A DNA stretch of 62,261 nt from Candidatus Limnocylindria bacterium (GCA_035632955.1 DASQFU010000032.1:1-62261); one strand, 5' to 3'. Positions 1 through 9,490 are shown, counted from the first letter of the stretch. Made by a program: numbers and translations. The notes: generated by a model not told the origin, from the letters alone.

Positions 1-280
1 TCGCGAGCGCGACGGCGCCGGGTGGCGCGTGCGTGCGACGGTTCGCAACGACGGCACGGGCAAGATGGCGCTCGACGTCGCCGCCGTGCGCGGCGAGCGC
101 TGGGAGAAGGACGGCAGTCCTGCGAAGGGCTACCGCGACGCGCGCTCGCAGACCGTGCTCGGCCCCAAGGAGACGCGGGAGATCGAGATCCGGAGCGACT
201 TCGAGCCGGAGCGCGTGGTCGTCGATCCCGATTTCACGGTGCTGCAGCTCGAGCGCAAGAACGCGACGGTGAAGTTGTAG
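1..280 (+). CDS. C-terminal end of a gene truncated by the window edge, resembling the tail of M1-aminopeptidase/ABC-permease fusion proteins
   Basis: Open frame from the window edge to TAG at 278-280; ends ...PERVVVDPDFTVLQLERKNATVKL, a VxVDPD motif typical of M1 peptidase C-termini. Confidence 0.45.
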   Translation, partial: RERDGAGWRVRATVRNDGTGKMALDVAAVRGERWEKDGSPAKGYRDARSQTVLGPKETREIEIRSDFEPERVVVDPDFTVLQLERKNATVKL

Positions 281-431
281 GGTTCGCGACGTATCCATCC
301 GGGCAAACCCGAATGAAGGCGAGCGCCTCCCTGTAGCTGTTTCGCCGTGCGTCCGACGTTAGGACGAGCGGTTCTAGATCTAGCCGGCTTCTGTGATCCG
401 GAACAACCTCCAAGGTTGAGCCAGAGACGAG

Positions 432-460
432 AAACCCCCGGCAGGTTGCCCCGCCGGGGG
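432..460 (-). terminator. Intrinsic terminator-like hairpin downstream of the 525-854 gene
   Basis: Stem CCCCCGGC (435-442)/GCCGGGGG (453-460), followed on the minus strand by TTT. Confidence 0.6.
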
Positions 461-524
461 TGAAGTCGCGCCGCTCGTCCCTTGCCCTAGCACCATTCGA
501 GCGAACGCGACGAATGCTGTGGAG

Positions 525-854
525 CTACACCGCGCGACCGCGCCGGTTGTGCTTGAGCCGGTAGATCGCGCGACTTTCGTGATTCTGAGCCCGCGCGATG
601 CGATGCCGCTCGCGCGCCGTCACCCGCCCGTCCAACTTGGCGCGCGCTTCCATCCGGTGGATGTGACGCTGGCCGGCGCGCAAACGGACGCGCTCGCCGC
701 GGGTGAGCTGGCCGCACTTCGATCCTTGATGGATGCGTGCGCTCTGGCGTGCTTCGCGCCGGTCGATCCGCGGCGTCCAAGTGCCCGCGGAGGCGATGCT
801 CGCCGCGAACGTCGTGAGGACTGCCACCAGCAGGACCATGGTGATGCGCTTCAT
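525..854 (-). CDS. Small secreted basic protein (TPRIDxR...xQG...GQLT type), function unknown
   Basis: ATG at 854 preceded by GAGGAG (861-866); signal peptide MKRITMVLLVAVLTTFAASIASA; repeated helical Arg/His-rich units. Confidence 0.8.
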   Translation of the reverse strand: MKRITMVLLVAVLTTFAASIASAGTWTPRIDRREARQSARIHQGSKCGQLTRGERVRLRAGQRHIHRMEARAKLDGRVTARERHRIARAQNHESRAIYRLKHNRRGRAV

Positions 855-1222
855 CGAAACCTCCTCGGCGGAGAATCTCTCCGCCGGATGCATCATGGGG
901 AGCCTTGCTCGTCTCAGTGTCGCGCGCGCGATGCGCGAGCCTCGGTTCCCCGGCCTGCGTGCTTCGGACCTGACCCATCGAAACGTTTGCCGGGAGGCGT
1001 TTGGGCGTTGCGCCCTTCGCGCGCTCGTTGAGAAGCATGTGCACTCCGTGTGCCGAGCATCGAGAGCGGCCGAGAGACGCGCTCCGTCAACGGGTTATGC
1101 GATCGGCATCCAGCGGCCCGGAGCCGGGCGGCGGTGCGACGTGTCCCGCCGCGTGCAGCCGCAGGGCGGTGGGCTGGCCCCCGCGGGGCAGCGAAGCGAT
1201 TCCAGACGGCGGAGGGAGCCGG

Positions 1223-2437
1223 TTACTCCAGCTTTCTCCACAGGCGCGCGGCGCACTCCCGCGCTCGCGCCGCCACCTCGCGCTCGTCCACGGTCACGAG
1301 CGCGCCGTCGTCGAGAACCACCTCGCCGGCGACCATCGCTCCCGACACCGGCCCGCGCAGCAGACCCGAGCCGATATGGGCAGCCAACGTGCGCGCGCTG
1401 AGCTCGGTCGCCGGTTGATAGTCGATCAGCACGAGGTCGGCCGGCGCACCGGGAACGATCTCGCCGAGCCGCTCGCCGAACGGCCCGGCCGCCCAGCGCG
1501 ACCCGGAGACGAAACAGCGACGGTAGTGCGGCTCGGGCTGACCGCCGAGCGTCCACGGCGTCGTCTCGCCAAACGGCGGCGCGTTGATGCCGCCGTCGCT
1601 GCCCCACGCCGGCGTCAGCTCGCGGCCGAGCGCCGCCGTGGCTCCGGCGCCAATCGCCGCCAGCGCGTCGCCGCGCTCGTGCGCTTCGCTCAGCAGGCGG
1701 CGCGGCGCCTGCTCGGCATGCGCCCACAGCGCCGGCAACTCGACGCGCGTCCCGAGGTCGCCCGCCCAGCGCTCGCCCGGCGTCGCGTCCAGGGCGAGCT
1801 CGATGTGGACGGGCAGCCCCTCGCCCGCGCGCGCGAGCGTTTCCCCGACCAGTCGCTCGACGCCCGCCAGCGATTCGGCGCGCACACCGAGCAGCGCCCT
1901 CAGCTTGCCTTCGCGCCGGCGCCGGATCTCCGCGGCGAGACCGACCGACTCGTCGACCGCATCGCGCTGGGCTGCCGCCGTGTCACCTTCGGCAGCGCCA
2001 TAGCACGTCGCGACCCGGACGCCGAGCTTACGCGCGGCACCGGCGATCTCGGACAGCGACAGATCCAAGCAGCCGCTGGAGCGGTGGAAATCGCACACGG
2101 TCGTTACGCCGTGACGAACGCCCTCGACCAACGCCGCGAGCGCCGACCAGTAGACGTCCTCCGGTGAGAGCGCGCGCTCGTAGTTGGCCCAGCCTTCCGG
2201 CGTGCGCAGCCCGAGCCCGCGCGCCAGATGCCGCCCGAGATGTGCGTGCGCGTTCACCAACCCCGGAATCAACACGCGGCCGCGCGCCGGCCACAGCGTC
2301 TCGTCCGGGAATGCGGCCGCGATCGCGGACGCCGGGCCGACTTGAGCGACGTGGGCGCCCACCACGCGCACGGCGCCATGCTCGATCACCTGAGGCTCGT
2401 CGCCCCCCGTCACCACCAGGCAGGGGCCGACGATCAT
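1223..2437 (-). CDS. Amidohydrolase family protein (SsnA-like), partly degenerate active site
   Basis: Start overlaps the upstream stop (ATGA, 2434-2437); PGLVNAHAHL, TTVCDFH, GSDG and GEIVPGAPADLVL motifs. Confidence 0.8.
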   Translation of the reverse strand: MIVGPCLVVTGGDEPQVIEHGAVRVVGAHVAQVGPASAIAAAFPDETLWPARGRVLIPGLVNAHAHLGRHLARGLGLRTPEGWANYERALSPEDVYWSALAALVEGVRHGVTTVCDFHRSSGCLDLSLSEIAGAARKLGVRVATCYGAAEGDTAAAQRDAVDESVGLAAEIRRRREGKLRALLGVRAESLAGVERLVGETLARAGEGLPVHIELALDATPGERWAGDLGTRVELPALWAHAEQAPRRLLSEAHERGDALAAIGAGATAALGRELTPAWGSDGGINAPPFGETTPWTLGGQPEPHYRRCFVSGSRWAAGPFGERLGEIVPGAPADLVLIDYQPATELSARTLAAHIGSGLLRGPVSGAMVAGEVVLDDGALVTVDEREVAARARECAARLWRKLE

Positions 2438-3795
2438 CGCTTCTCGGCGTCCACGCGCCGCTCGATCGCTCGCGCCTCGGTCCAGGCGTCGGCGAGCACG
2501 GCCAGCGGATCGAGCGTGATCCAGCGCTGGTCGCGGAACAGCACGCGTCCGGCCACCATCGTGAGCCGCACGTCGCTCGGGCGCGAGGAATGGACGAGCG
2601 CCGCGTAAACGTCGCTCTCCGGCGTCGGCCCGTGATGCGGCCGGGTGGCGTCCACGACGATCACGTCCGCTTGCTTGCCGACTTCGAGCGATCCGATCTG
2701 CGCCTCGAGTCCGAGCGCGCGCGCGCCATCGCTGGTGGCGAGCGCCAGGACGTCGCGCGCCGAGAGCGGGCGATCCGCGTGTCGCACCCGCGAGACGCCG
2801 GCGGCCAGGCTCATCTCCGCGAATGGATCGAGCCGGTTGTTGCACGCGGCGCCGTCGCTGCCGAGGCCGCAACGGATGCCGGCGTCCTTCCACGACAGCA
2901 CCGACGCGAGTCCCGAGCCAAGCTTGAGGTTCGAGCCCGGGCAGTGCACCAGCGCCGCATCCGCGCGGCCGAGCTCGGCCAGCTCCTCCGAGTCGAGCCA
3001 CACGCCGTGGGCGCCGACGAAGCGCTGGCCCAGCAGTCCGAGGGTCGCGAAGTGGCGGGCCGCGGTGCGGCCGACCGCGCGCTCGACTTCATGGCCTTCG
3101 CCCGAGCTTTCGGCGATGTGCGTGTGGATCAGCAATCCCTCCTCGATCGAGAGGTCATGGACGTCGCGCCACAATTCCTCGCTGCAGGAGAGGATGAAAC
3201 GGGGCGCGAGCGACACGTGAAGCCGGCCGCCTCCACTGCCGTGGAACCGCTTGACCAGTGCGCGCACTTCGTCGAGCGCGGCGCCCGATCGTTCGATGAG
3301 CGGCTCCGGGACGCCTTCGCCCTGGTCCATCAAGGCCTTGCCGAACACCGCGCGGATGCCGGCGGACTCGATCGCTTCGCCGATCGCGTGCGTGTGATGC
3401 ACGGTGCCCATGTCATTCACGCACGTCACGCCGGCGCCGATCAGCTCGCACAGGCCGAGCCGCGCCGAAGCCGCGACCGACGATTCGGTGTGTGCGGCTT
3501 CGAACGGCCAAATCGCCTCCCGCAGCCAGCGCAGCAGGTCGCTCTGCTCAGCCGCACCGCGGAACAAGGTCTGGCACAGGTGCAGGTGTCCCTCGACGAA
3601 CCCGGGCAGCACCCAGCCCCCGGCGGCGTCGTAGGTCTCGTCGACCTGGCCTTCGGGCAGCGCGAGCAGCGCCGCCGGGACAGTCTCGCCCAATGCGGCG
3701 ATCCTGCCGTCGACGATCAGGAGATCGCCGCGCTCGACGGTGCCGGCGGCGTCCATGCACACCAAGGTTCCGGAACGAAAGAGGAAGCTGCTCAG
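2434..3795 (-). CDS. Amidohydrolase (MtaD/DadD/AtzB-like nucleoside or base deaminase family)
   Basis: PGFVEGHLHL, IHTHIAE, GAHGVW, HCPGSNLKLGSG and GSDG motifs; probable CTG start at 3795 behind GGGAGG. Confidence 0.9.
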   Translation of the reverse strand: MSSFLFRSGTLVCMDAAGTVERGDLLIVDGRIAALGETVPAALLALPEGQVDETYDAAGGWVLPGFVEGHLHLCQTLFRGAAEQSDLLRWLREAIWPFEAAHTESSVAASARLGLCELIGAGVTCVNDMGTVHHTHAIGEAIESAGIRAVFGKALMDQGEGVPEPLIERSGAALDEVRALVKRFHGSGGGRLHVSLAPRFILSCSEELWRDVHDLSIEEGLLIHTHIAESSGEGHEVERAVGRTAARHFATLGLLGQRFVGAHGVWLDSEELAELGRADAALVHCPGSNLKLGSGLASVLSWKDAGIRCGLGSDGAACNNRLDPFAEMSLAAGVSRVRHADRPLSARDVLALATSDGARALGLEAQIGSLEVGKQADVIVVDATRPHHGPTPESDVYAALVHSSRPSDVRLTMVAGRVLFRDQRWITLDPLAVLADAWTEARAIERRVDAEKR

Positions 3796-3999
3796 GTGGG
3801 AGCCTCCCTGCCTGCGAGCGCGCGGCATCCGTGCCGCGTCGAGCGCTGCGACGTCAAGGGAACGCGCCGGGTCGTCACCACGATCGGTTCAGGTGCCGGC
3901 CCGGCGCGCTCGCGCGCATGGCTCTGTCGCGTGCGCGAAAAATTCCCACCGGTGGTTCGCGGTGTCAAGCGACGCTCGTGCGCGCTGCGTCATTCACGT

Positions 4000-4028
4000 T
4001 TGACCTGTGCGGGTCGCTCGCCGATACT
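4000..4028 (+). promoter_or_regulatory. sigma70-type promoter of the cold-shock gene
   Basis: TTGACC (4000-4005), 17 nt spacer, GATACT (4023-4028). Confidence 0.55.
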
Positions 4029-4171
4029 TCCGCGCCGATGAGTTTCATGGTGACGTGCTAACGACGTGAGCGTGTCAGCCGCGAGATTCTCCTTCGCGGC
4101 TTTTGTCGTACCGAGGCATCCCGCCTCGGGCAGTTGGGGTCGTGGACCCCGGTGAGAAAGGGAGCAACACG

Positions 4172-4372
4172 ATGGCAGCTGGCAGCGTCAAGTGGTTCAA
4201 CGAAGCGAAGGGGTTCGGATTCATTTCTCAGGAGGGCGGCGAAGACGTCTTTGTTCACTACAGCGCGATCGAAGGCTCGGGGTTCAAGACCCTGGCCGAA
4301 GGCGAGCGAGTCGAGTTCGAGGTCACCAAGGGCCCGAAGGGCCTGCAGGCGGCCAACGTCCGGAAGGCCTGA
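4172..4372 (+). CDS. cspA: Cold-shock protein
   Basis: [18 protein letters not shown] (RNP1), DVFVHYSAI (RNP2), 66 aa; RBS AAAGGGAG upstream. Confidence 0.97.
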   Translation: MAAGSVKWFNEAKGFGFISQEGGEDVFVHYSAIEGSGFKTLAEGERVEFEVTKGPKGLQAANVRKA

Positions 4373-4415
4373 AACGTCCCCTGGACTTGACGCCGGCAAC
4401 TGCCGGTGTGGATGA

Positions 4416-4453
4416 ACGCGAGGCCCCGGTCGAAATGACCGGGGCCTTCGCGT
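4416..4453 (+). terminator. Hairpin downstream of cspA
   Basis: Stem AGGCCCCGGTC (4421-4431)/GACCGGGGCCT (4437-4447), extendable by ACGCG/CGCGT. Confidence 0.6.
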
Positions 4454-4530
4454 CGCGCGCGAGCGCTTTCCTCGCCATTCCTGCATCCCTCGCGATTGAC
4501 CCGCTCCGGAGGCGGGCCTACTGTTCACTC

Positions 4531-5958
4531 ATGGAGTTCCACTCCGAGCTGCCTTTGACCGAAGCGGTCGAGGTGTCGGACCCGCTTGCCGCGGCACGGT
4601 CTCTCGCCAACCTCCCGTATCCCTTCCTGCTCCATTCCGCGCTCGATGGGCCGCGGGCGCGCTGGTCGTTCTTCGGCGCCGACCCGTTCGCGGTGTTCCG
4701 CGGCGACGACTACGACGGGGCGCTCGCGATGTGGCGCCAGCTCTCGCAGCAAGTGCTGGGCAGCGATCCGTCGCCGACCGTGATTCCGTTCACGGGTGGC
4801 GCGGTCGGCTATTGGGCCTACGATTTCGGCCGGCGCTTCGAGAAGATTCCGAACATCGCGATCGACGACCTCGGCCTGCCCGACACGCTGCTCGCGTTCT
4901 ACGACGTGATCGGGGCCTACGATCATCAAACCCGCCAGTCCTGGCTGTTCTCGAGCGGATTGCCGCTCGACGATTCTCTGCGCCTCGGCCGCGCGGAGCA
5001 GCGGCTGGGACAGTTCGTGCGTCTGCTCGCCTCCGGGCGCAGGCCGAGCGGGCCGCTGCCGCGGCCGCACGAGCGCCGGACGTTTCTGCACAGCACGTTC
5101 TCTCCGGACGGCTACCGGCACGCCGTGGATCAGGTCCAGGCGCACATCCGGGCCGGCGACATCTTCCAGGCCAATCTTTCGCAACGCTGGACCCTGAAGC
5201 TCGAGTCGTCCGATTCGGGCCCGTTCGCCCTCGCGCTCCACGATGCGCTCACGCTGGTCTCGCCCGCCCCGTACGCGAGCCTGTTGATCGCCCCCGACCA
5301 TGCGATCGTGTCCTCGAGTCCCGAGCGGTTCATCGAGCTGCGCGGTGCCAGGATCGAGACGCGCCCGATCAAGGGCACGCGGCCACGCGGCATCGACGAG
5401 GCCGAAGACGCGCGCTTGCGCCGCGAGCTGCACTCGAGCGGCAAGGACCGCGCCGAGAACGTCATGATCGTCGACGTGCTGCGGAACGACCTCGGGCGCG
5501 TCAGCGAAACGGGGTCGGTCGAGGTGACGCGGCTGTGCGATCTCGAGACGTTCCCGCACGTGCATCACCTGGTCTCGACCGTGATCGGCGAGCTGCGCGA
5601 AGACCTCGACGCGTTCGATCTGCTGCACGTCACCTTCCCCGGCGGCTCGATCACGGGGGCCCCGAAGATCCGGGCGATGGAGATTCTCGACCGGCTGGAG
5701 CCGGTGCGACGCCACATCTATACCGGGGCGATCGGCTACGTCGACTGGCGCGGGGACGCCGACTGGAGCATCGCGATCCGGACCGCTCTTGTCACGCCGG
5801 GCGCGGTCCATTTCTCAGCCGGCGGCGGCATCACGGCGGAGTCGGATCCCGAAGCCGAGTATCAGGAGACGCTGCACAAGGCGGAGGGTCTTCGCCAGGC
5901 GCTCGAGCGGGTCGCGGGTCCGATCGAGCTGGCGCCGGACGTCGTCGCGTCTCGATAG
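4531..5958 (+). CDS. pabB: Aminodeoxychorismate synthase component I
   Basis: Chorismate-binding fold motifs: PFTGGAVG, GDIFQANLS, SSPERF, TRPIKGTRPR, KDRAENVMIVDVLRNDLG, FPGGSITGAPKIRAM, WSIAIRT. Confidence 0.92.
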   Translation: MEFHSELPLTEAVEVSDPLAAARSLANLPYPFLLHSALDGPRARWSFFGADPFAVFRGDDYDGALAMWRQLSQQVLGSDPSPTVIPFTGGAVGYWAYDFGRRFEKIPNIAIDDLGLPDTLLAFYDVIGAYDHQTRQSWLFSSGLPLDDSLRLGRAEQRLGQFVRLLASGRRPSGPLPRPHERRTFLHSTFSPDGYRHAVDQVQAHIRAGDIFQANLSQRWTLKLESSDSGPFALALHDALTLVSPAPYASLLIAPDHAIVSSSPERFIELRGARIETRPIKGTRPRGIDEAEDARLRRELHSSGKDRAENVMIVDVLRNDLGRVSETGSVEVTRLCDLETFPHVHHLVSTVIGELREDLDAFDLLHVTFPGGSITGAPKIRAMEILDRLEPVRRHIYTGAIGYVDWRGDADWSIAIRTALVTPGAVHFSAGGGITAESDPEAEYQETLHKAEGLRQALERVAGPIELAPDVVASR

Positions 5959-5967
5959 AGGCGCTCC

Positions 5968-6843
5968 GTGAGCGAAGCACCTTCCCGCGGTCGCGCCCGG
6001 TGGCTCGACGGCCGCCTGGTGCGCGGAGCGGAAGCTGCGCTGTCGCTCGACGACCGCGGGGCCCGGGACGGCGAGGGGCTGCTCGAGACGTTGCGCGTCT
6101 ATGCCGGGCGCCCGTTTCTCTGGGAGCACCACCTCGAACGCCTGGTGGTGGCCGCGGCCGAGCTCGGATTCCCGGTGCCCCCCTCACCCGCGATCCTGCA
6201 CCGGGCGGTTCAGGAGCTGCTGGCCGCCGAATCGCTCGCCGACGCAGCGGTCCGGATCACCGTGACCCGTGGCGTGCGCGGCGTACGACCGGGGCGTCCC
6301 GCGTGCTGGATCGAAGTCGAGCCGATCGCCGCCCGACTCTGGAAGGGCACGCGCGCTGGCTCCGCCCGGGTCGTGTTCTCGAAACGCCCGTTCGAGCCGG
6401 GACCGCTCGGCCGCTACAAAACGACCAGCCGCCTTGTCTATCACCTCGCGCGCGACGAGGCGCGAGCCGCTGGCGCCGACGAGGCGTTGCTCGTGAGGCC
6501 GGAGGGTCAGGTGCTCGAAGGCTCGTCCAGCAACCTGTTCGCGGTCACGGGCGGCGTGGTGCTGACTCCGCCGCTCTCGGCCGGCATCCTGCCCGGGGTG
6601 ACGCGGGGGCTGGTGCTGCGGCTGTGCGCCGAGACCGGCATTCCCGCGCGAGAGCAGGTCATCGAGAGAGACCTGCTCGCCTCGGTCGAGGAGCTGTTCC
6701 TGACCAGCGCGCTCCAGGAAGTCGTGCCGGTCGGGTGGCTCGAGGGCCGGGCGCTCTCCGAACCCAAGGTGGCGCCTCGGTTGCTCGCCGGCTATCGCGA
6801 CGCGGTCGCGAGCGCCGCGATGCGCCCCCTGACCCACGCCTGA
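5968..6843 (+). CDS. Class IV PLP aminotransferase (4-amino-4-deoxychorismate lyase-like)
   Basis: DRGARDGEGLLETLR, HLERL, YKTT (PLP Lys), EGSSSNLF, ILPGVTR; directly after pabB. Confidence 0.9.
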   Translation: MSEAPSRGRARWLDGRLVRGAEAALSLDDRGARDGEGLLETLRVYAGRPFLWEHHLERLVVAAAELGFPVPPSPAILHRAVQELLAAESLADAAVRITVTRGVRGVRPGRPACWIEVEPIAARLWKGTRAGSARVVFSKRPFEPGPLGRYKTTSRLVYHLARDEARAAGADEALLVRPEGQVLEGSSSNLFAVTGGVVLTPPLSAGILPGVTRGLVLRLCAETGIPAREQVIERDLLASVEELFLTSALQEVVPVGWLEGRALSEPKVAPRLLAGYRDAVASAAMRPLTHA

Positions 6844-6996
6844 AGCGGCTTCACCCAGGTGTGCCCGAGCCGTAACAGTTCTTCGGGCGCGATGCTCGGA
6901 GGCCCGGTGCCCGCGAGCCTGCGCGAAATCTCAGCGAATCCGGAAATCGTTGAAATCCGTAAGCGTGCGGGCGTCTCTCAATGAGTGGCGGCGCCG

Positions 6997-7012
6997 TGGC
7001 ATGCACGATGCA
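6997..7012 (+). promoter_or_regulatory. Candidate sigma54 (-24/-12) promoter
   Basis: TGGCATG-CACG-ATGCA with exact GG-N10-GC spacing, 124 nt before the hydrolase ATG. Confidence 0.55.
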
Positions 7013-7135
7013 TTCATGTCCATTTCGAGCCGAGCCGGTGGTTCCAGCCCTGTGGTTTGGAGGTCGCCGGCGTGACACACCACGAATCGAGCGGACGATT
7101 CGGGCAAGCGAGTCGCCGCGGGTAAGAACCGAACC

Positions 7136-8551
7136 ATGCCCGTCAAAGGCGGCCGTCTCGACTTCCTCGCTCCGCACCTGCTGCGGAGTCAGCTGCTGCG
7201 CCCGGGATTCGTCAGCCTGAGCCTGCGGCTCGGCGTCGCCCGGCAGATGCCGCCGTGGGCCAAGCTCCAGTTCACGAACTCCGGCGTCTCCCCGGAAGAT
7301 CTCGAGAAGGTTCTCAGCCGCATCGGCAGCCTCGAATCCTGGGTGGACGAATGGGAGAGCCTGGGGCGCCGCCACGAGCAGGGCGGTCGTGACGCGTTGG
7401 CGCTCGGCCGCAGCGCGGATGCCGCGCATCGCTTTCTGGCCGCGGCCTCGGCCTACAACTTCGGCCAGTACGTGATGTTCCTCGACATCGCGCGCAAGCG
7501 GCAGCTTCACGAAGCGTGCGTGCGCTCGTACGCGCAGGCCGCGCCGATGTTCGACCCGCCCGCGGTGGCATTCGAGGTTCCCTTCCGCCGCCAGAGCCTC
7601 AAGGGCTATCTGCGGCTGCCGAAGGACGTCCGCCCGGCGCCCGTCGTCGTGCTGTTCAACGGCACCAACGCGGTCAAAGAGGAGATGCATTGGTGGGGCG
7701 AAGCGCTGCTCGAGCGCGGGATCGCCGTCATCGCCTTCGACGGCCCGGGACTCGGGACGACGTTTCACCGGATGTCGATGGTGGCCGAGCCGCGACCGGT
7801 CGGCCAGGCGATCGTCAATGCGATCGAAGCCCGGCCCGAGCTCGATCCCGAGTCGATCGCGTTCTTCGGCATGAGCCTCGGCGGCTATCTCGCGATCCGG
7901 ATGGCGTCGCACGACACGCGCGTCAAGGCGGTCGGCGCCGTGAGTCCGCCGTACTCGGCCGACGTCTATTGGAACGTCACGCTCTCCGCCATGCGCCGCG
8001 AGCTGGCTGCGCTCTACGGCATCGACGAGCGCGAGATGGGCGCTGCGGTTCATCGCATCACGCTCGCGGAAATCCTGCCCCAGCTCCGCTGCCCGCTGAT
8101 GGTCTCGGGTGGCGGCCACGATCTGATCACGCCCGGCAGCGAAGCGTGGCGCATCTTCGAGGGCGCGCGCTGCGAGCGCGAGCTGATCTACTACCCGAAA
8201 GGGGCGCACGACTGCTTCAACGTGATGGACGACCTGCGCCCGCGCATGGTCGGCTGGCTGGCGCGCCACCTCGAGAAGCACCGCACGCGATACGCCCTAC
8301 CGCACGCGAGCGGCAACGGAACCGCGCCGGCGTGGATGGCGGCCGGAGCGGTCGACCCGGATTTCGCCGACGCACTGGAGGGCGACGTCCCGCGCCTCGT
8401 CTGGCATCGCGCGGCAGCCCCGCCGTCGCTGCCGCCGCCGTCCGCGCGCCGCGTCTGGCCGTGGAGCCCGGCGCATGCCAACGGCACCCACGTCGTGCAT
8501 CGGACCGCGGCGCCGGGGCCGTTCGAGCCCTCGCTGCGAACGTCGCGCTGA
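7136..8551 (+). CDS. Alpha/beta hydrolase (2,6-dihydroxypseudooxynicotine hydrolase/FrsA-like) with a Pro-rich C-terminal extension
   Basis: GYLRLP, FDGPGLG, nucleophile elbow GMSLG, GGHD, GAH. Confidence 0.85.
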   Translation: MPVKGGRLDFLAPHLLRSQLLRPGFVSLSLRLGVARQMPPWAKLQFTNSGVSPEDLEKVLSRIGSLESWVDEWESLGRRHEQGGRDALALGRSADAAHRFLAAASAYNFGQYVMFLDIARKRQLHEACVRSYAQAAPMFDPPAVAFEVPFRRQSLKGYLRLPKDVRPAPVVVLFNGTNAVKEEMHWWGEALLERGIAVIAFDGPGLGTTFHRMSMVAEPRPVGQAIVNAIEARPELDPESIAFFGMSLGGYLAIRMASHDTRVKAVGAVSPPYSADVYWNVTLSAMRRELAALYGIDEREMGAAVHRITLAEILPQLRCPLMVSGGGHDLITPGSEAWRIFEGARCERELIYYPKGAHDCFNVMDDLRPRMVGWLARHLEKHRTRYALPHASGNGTAPAWMAAGAVDPDFADALEGDVPRLVWHRAAAPPSLPPPSARRVWPWSPAHANGTHVVHRTAAPGPFEPSLRTSR

Positions 8552-8556
8552 CCGCT

Positions 8557-9282
8557 TTAGGCTAGCCGGCGGGCCGCGCCGCTCAGCTTGCTCCGATACA
8601 TGCGACTGTCGGCCTGATCGATCAACGCGCTCGCGCCCACGCGTCCATCGGAGATCACGATCCCGAGGCTCAGCTGGGAGTGTGCCGGCGAGCGCTCCCG
8701 GAAGTCACGTTCGATCCGGTGCGCCAGTAGCTCGGCGCCCGTGCGGTCGGTGACCAGGGTCATCACGAACTCGTCTCCCCCGACGCGATAGGCGACATCG
8801 GTGCCGCTGCGCGAGCACGAGCGCAACACGGCGCCGAGCGTGCGCAACGTCTCGTCGCCGAAACCGTGGCCGAAACGGTCGTTGAGCTGCTTGAACTCGT
8901 TGATGTCGAGGTAAAGGAGCGCCAGCGGCTCGCTCAGACGCTCCGATCGGCGCAGCCCCAGCGGCAGGTCGCGTTCGAGCGCGCGCCGGTTGCCGAGCCC
9001 GGTCAGAGGATCCGTGAGTGTGAGCTGCTCGAGATCTTCGAGATGGCGACGCGTGTAGATCTGCTCGCGCCGGATCAGGCTCACCACCCAGTATCCGATC
9101 ACGAGGATGACCGCGGAGTTTACGATCTCGCGGATGGCCTCGCGCGGATTCGCCGGGAGGCGCCCATCCTCGAACCAGCTCCCGATCCACGGCAGCATCG
9201 CCGTCAGGAGCAGGAACAACGCCGGCAGCACAAGGATTCGTCGGGCGACGAGACCTCGGCGATAGGGGGCGACCAGGCTCAT
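8557..9282 (-). CDS. Membrane-anchored diguanylate cyclase (2 TM + GGDEF)
   Basis: Two hydrophobic helices, TDPLTGLGNRR, DINEFKQLNDRFGHGFGD, RVGGDEF. Confidence 0.92.
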   Translation of the reverse strand: MSLVAPYRRGLVARRILVLPALFLLLTAMLPWIGSWFEDGRLPANPREAIREIVNSAVILVIGYWVVSLIRREQIYTRRHLEDLEQLTLTDPLTGLGNRRALERDLPLGLRRSERLSEPLALLYLDINEFKQLNDRFGHGFGDETLRTLGAVLRSCSRSGTDVAYRVGGDEFVMTLVTDRTGAELLAHRIERDFRERSPAHSQLSLGIVISDGRVGASALIDQADSRMYRSKLSGAARRLA

Positions 9283-9490
9283 GCTTCTCCCGCGACCAGG
9301 TGACGGCCTGCTCATCCGCGTGCCGCAGCATAGGGACGCTCTCGGTCGGGGGTCAACACGCGCACCGGCCTCGCGTCGCGGAGCGCGCGATCGTCGTTCG
9401 GCGAGCGCGCGCGTCCCCTGACACGTGCGCGAAAAACCTGATAGGCTTGCCGCACTTTCGCCGCAAGTGCCTACCCGGTTGGAGGATTCG

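Noticed and set aside
296-335. GGGCAAACC resembling the start of a c-di-GMP-I riboswitch (also at about 61967)
   Set aside because: The GAAA tetraloop stem and GACGCAAAG segment are missing, and there is no downstream same-strand gene.
1040-1055. Minus-strand CGGCACA-CGGA-GTGCA -24/-12 match upstream of the 525-854 gene
   Set aside because: Two mismatches and 186 nt from the start; within chance expectation at this GC content.
4531-6843. pabB and the class IV aminotransferase gene without pabA
   Set aside because: The glutamine amidotransferase subunit is often encoded elsewhere or shared with trpG; not unusual.
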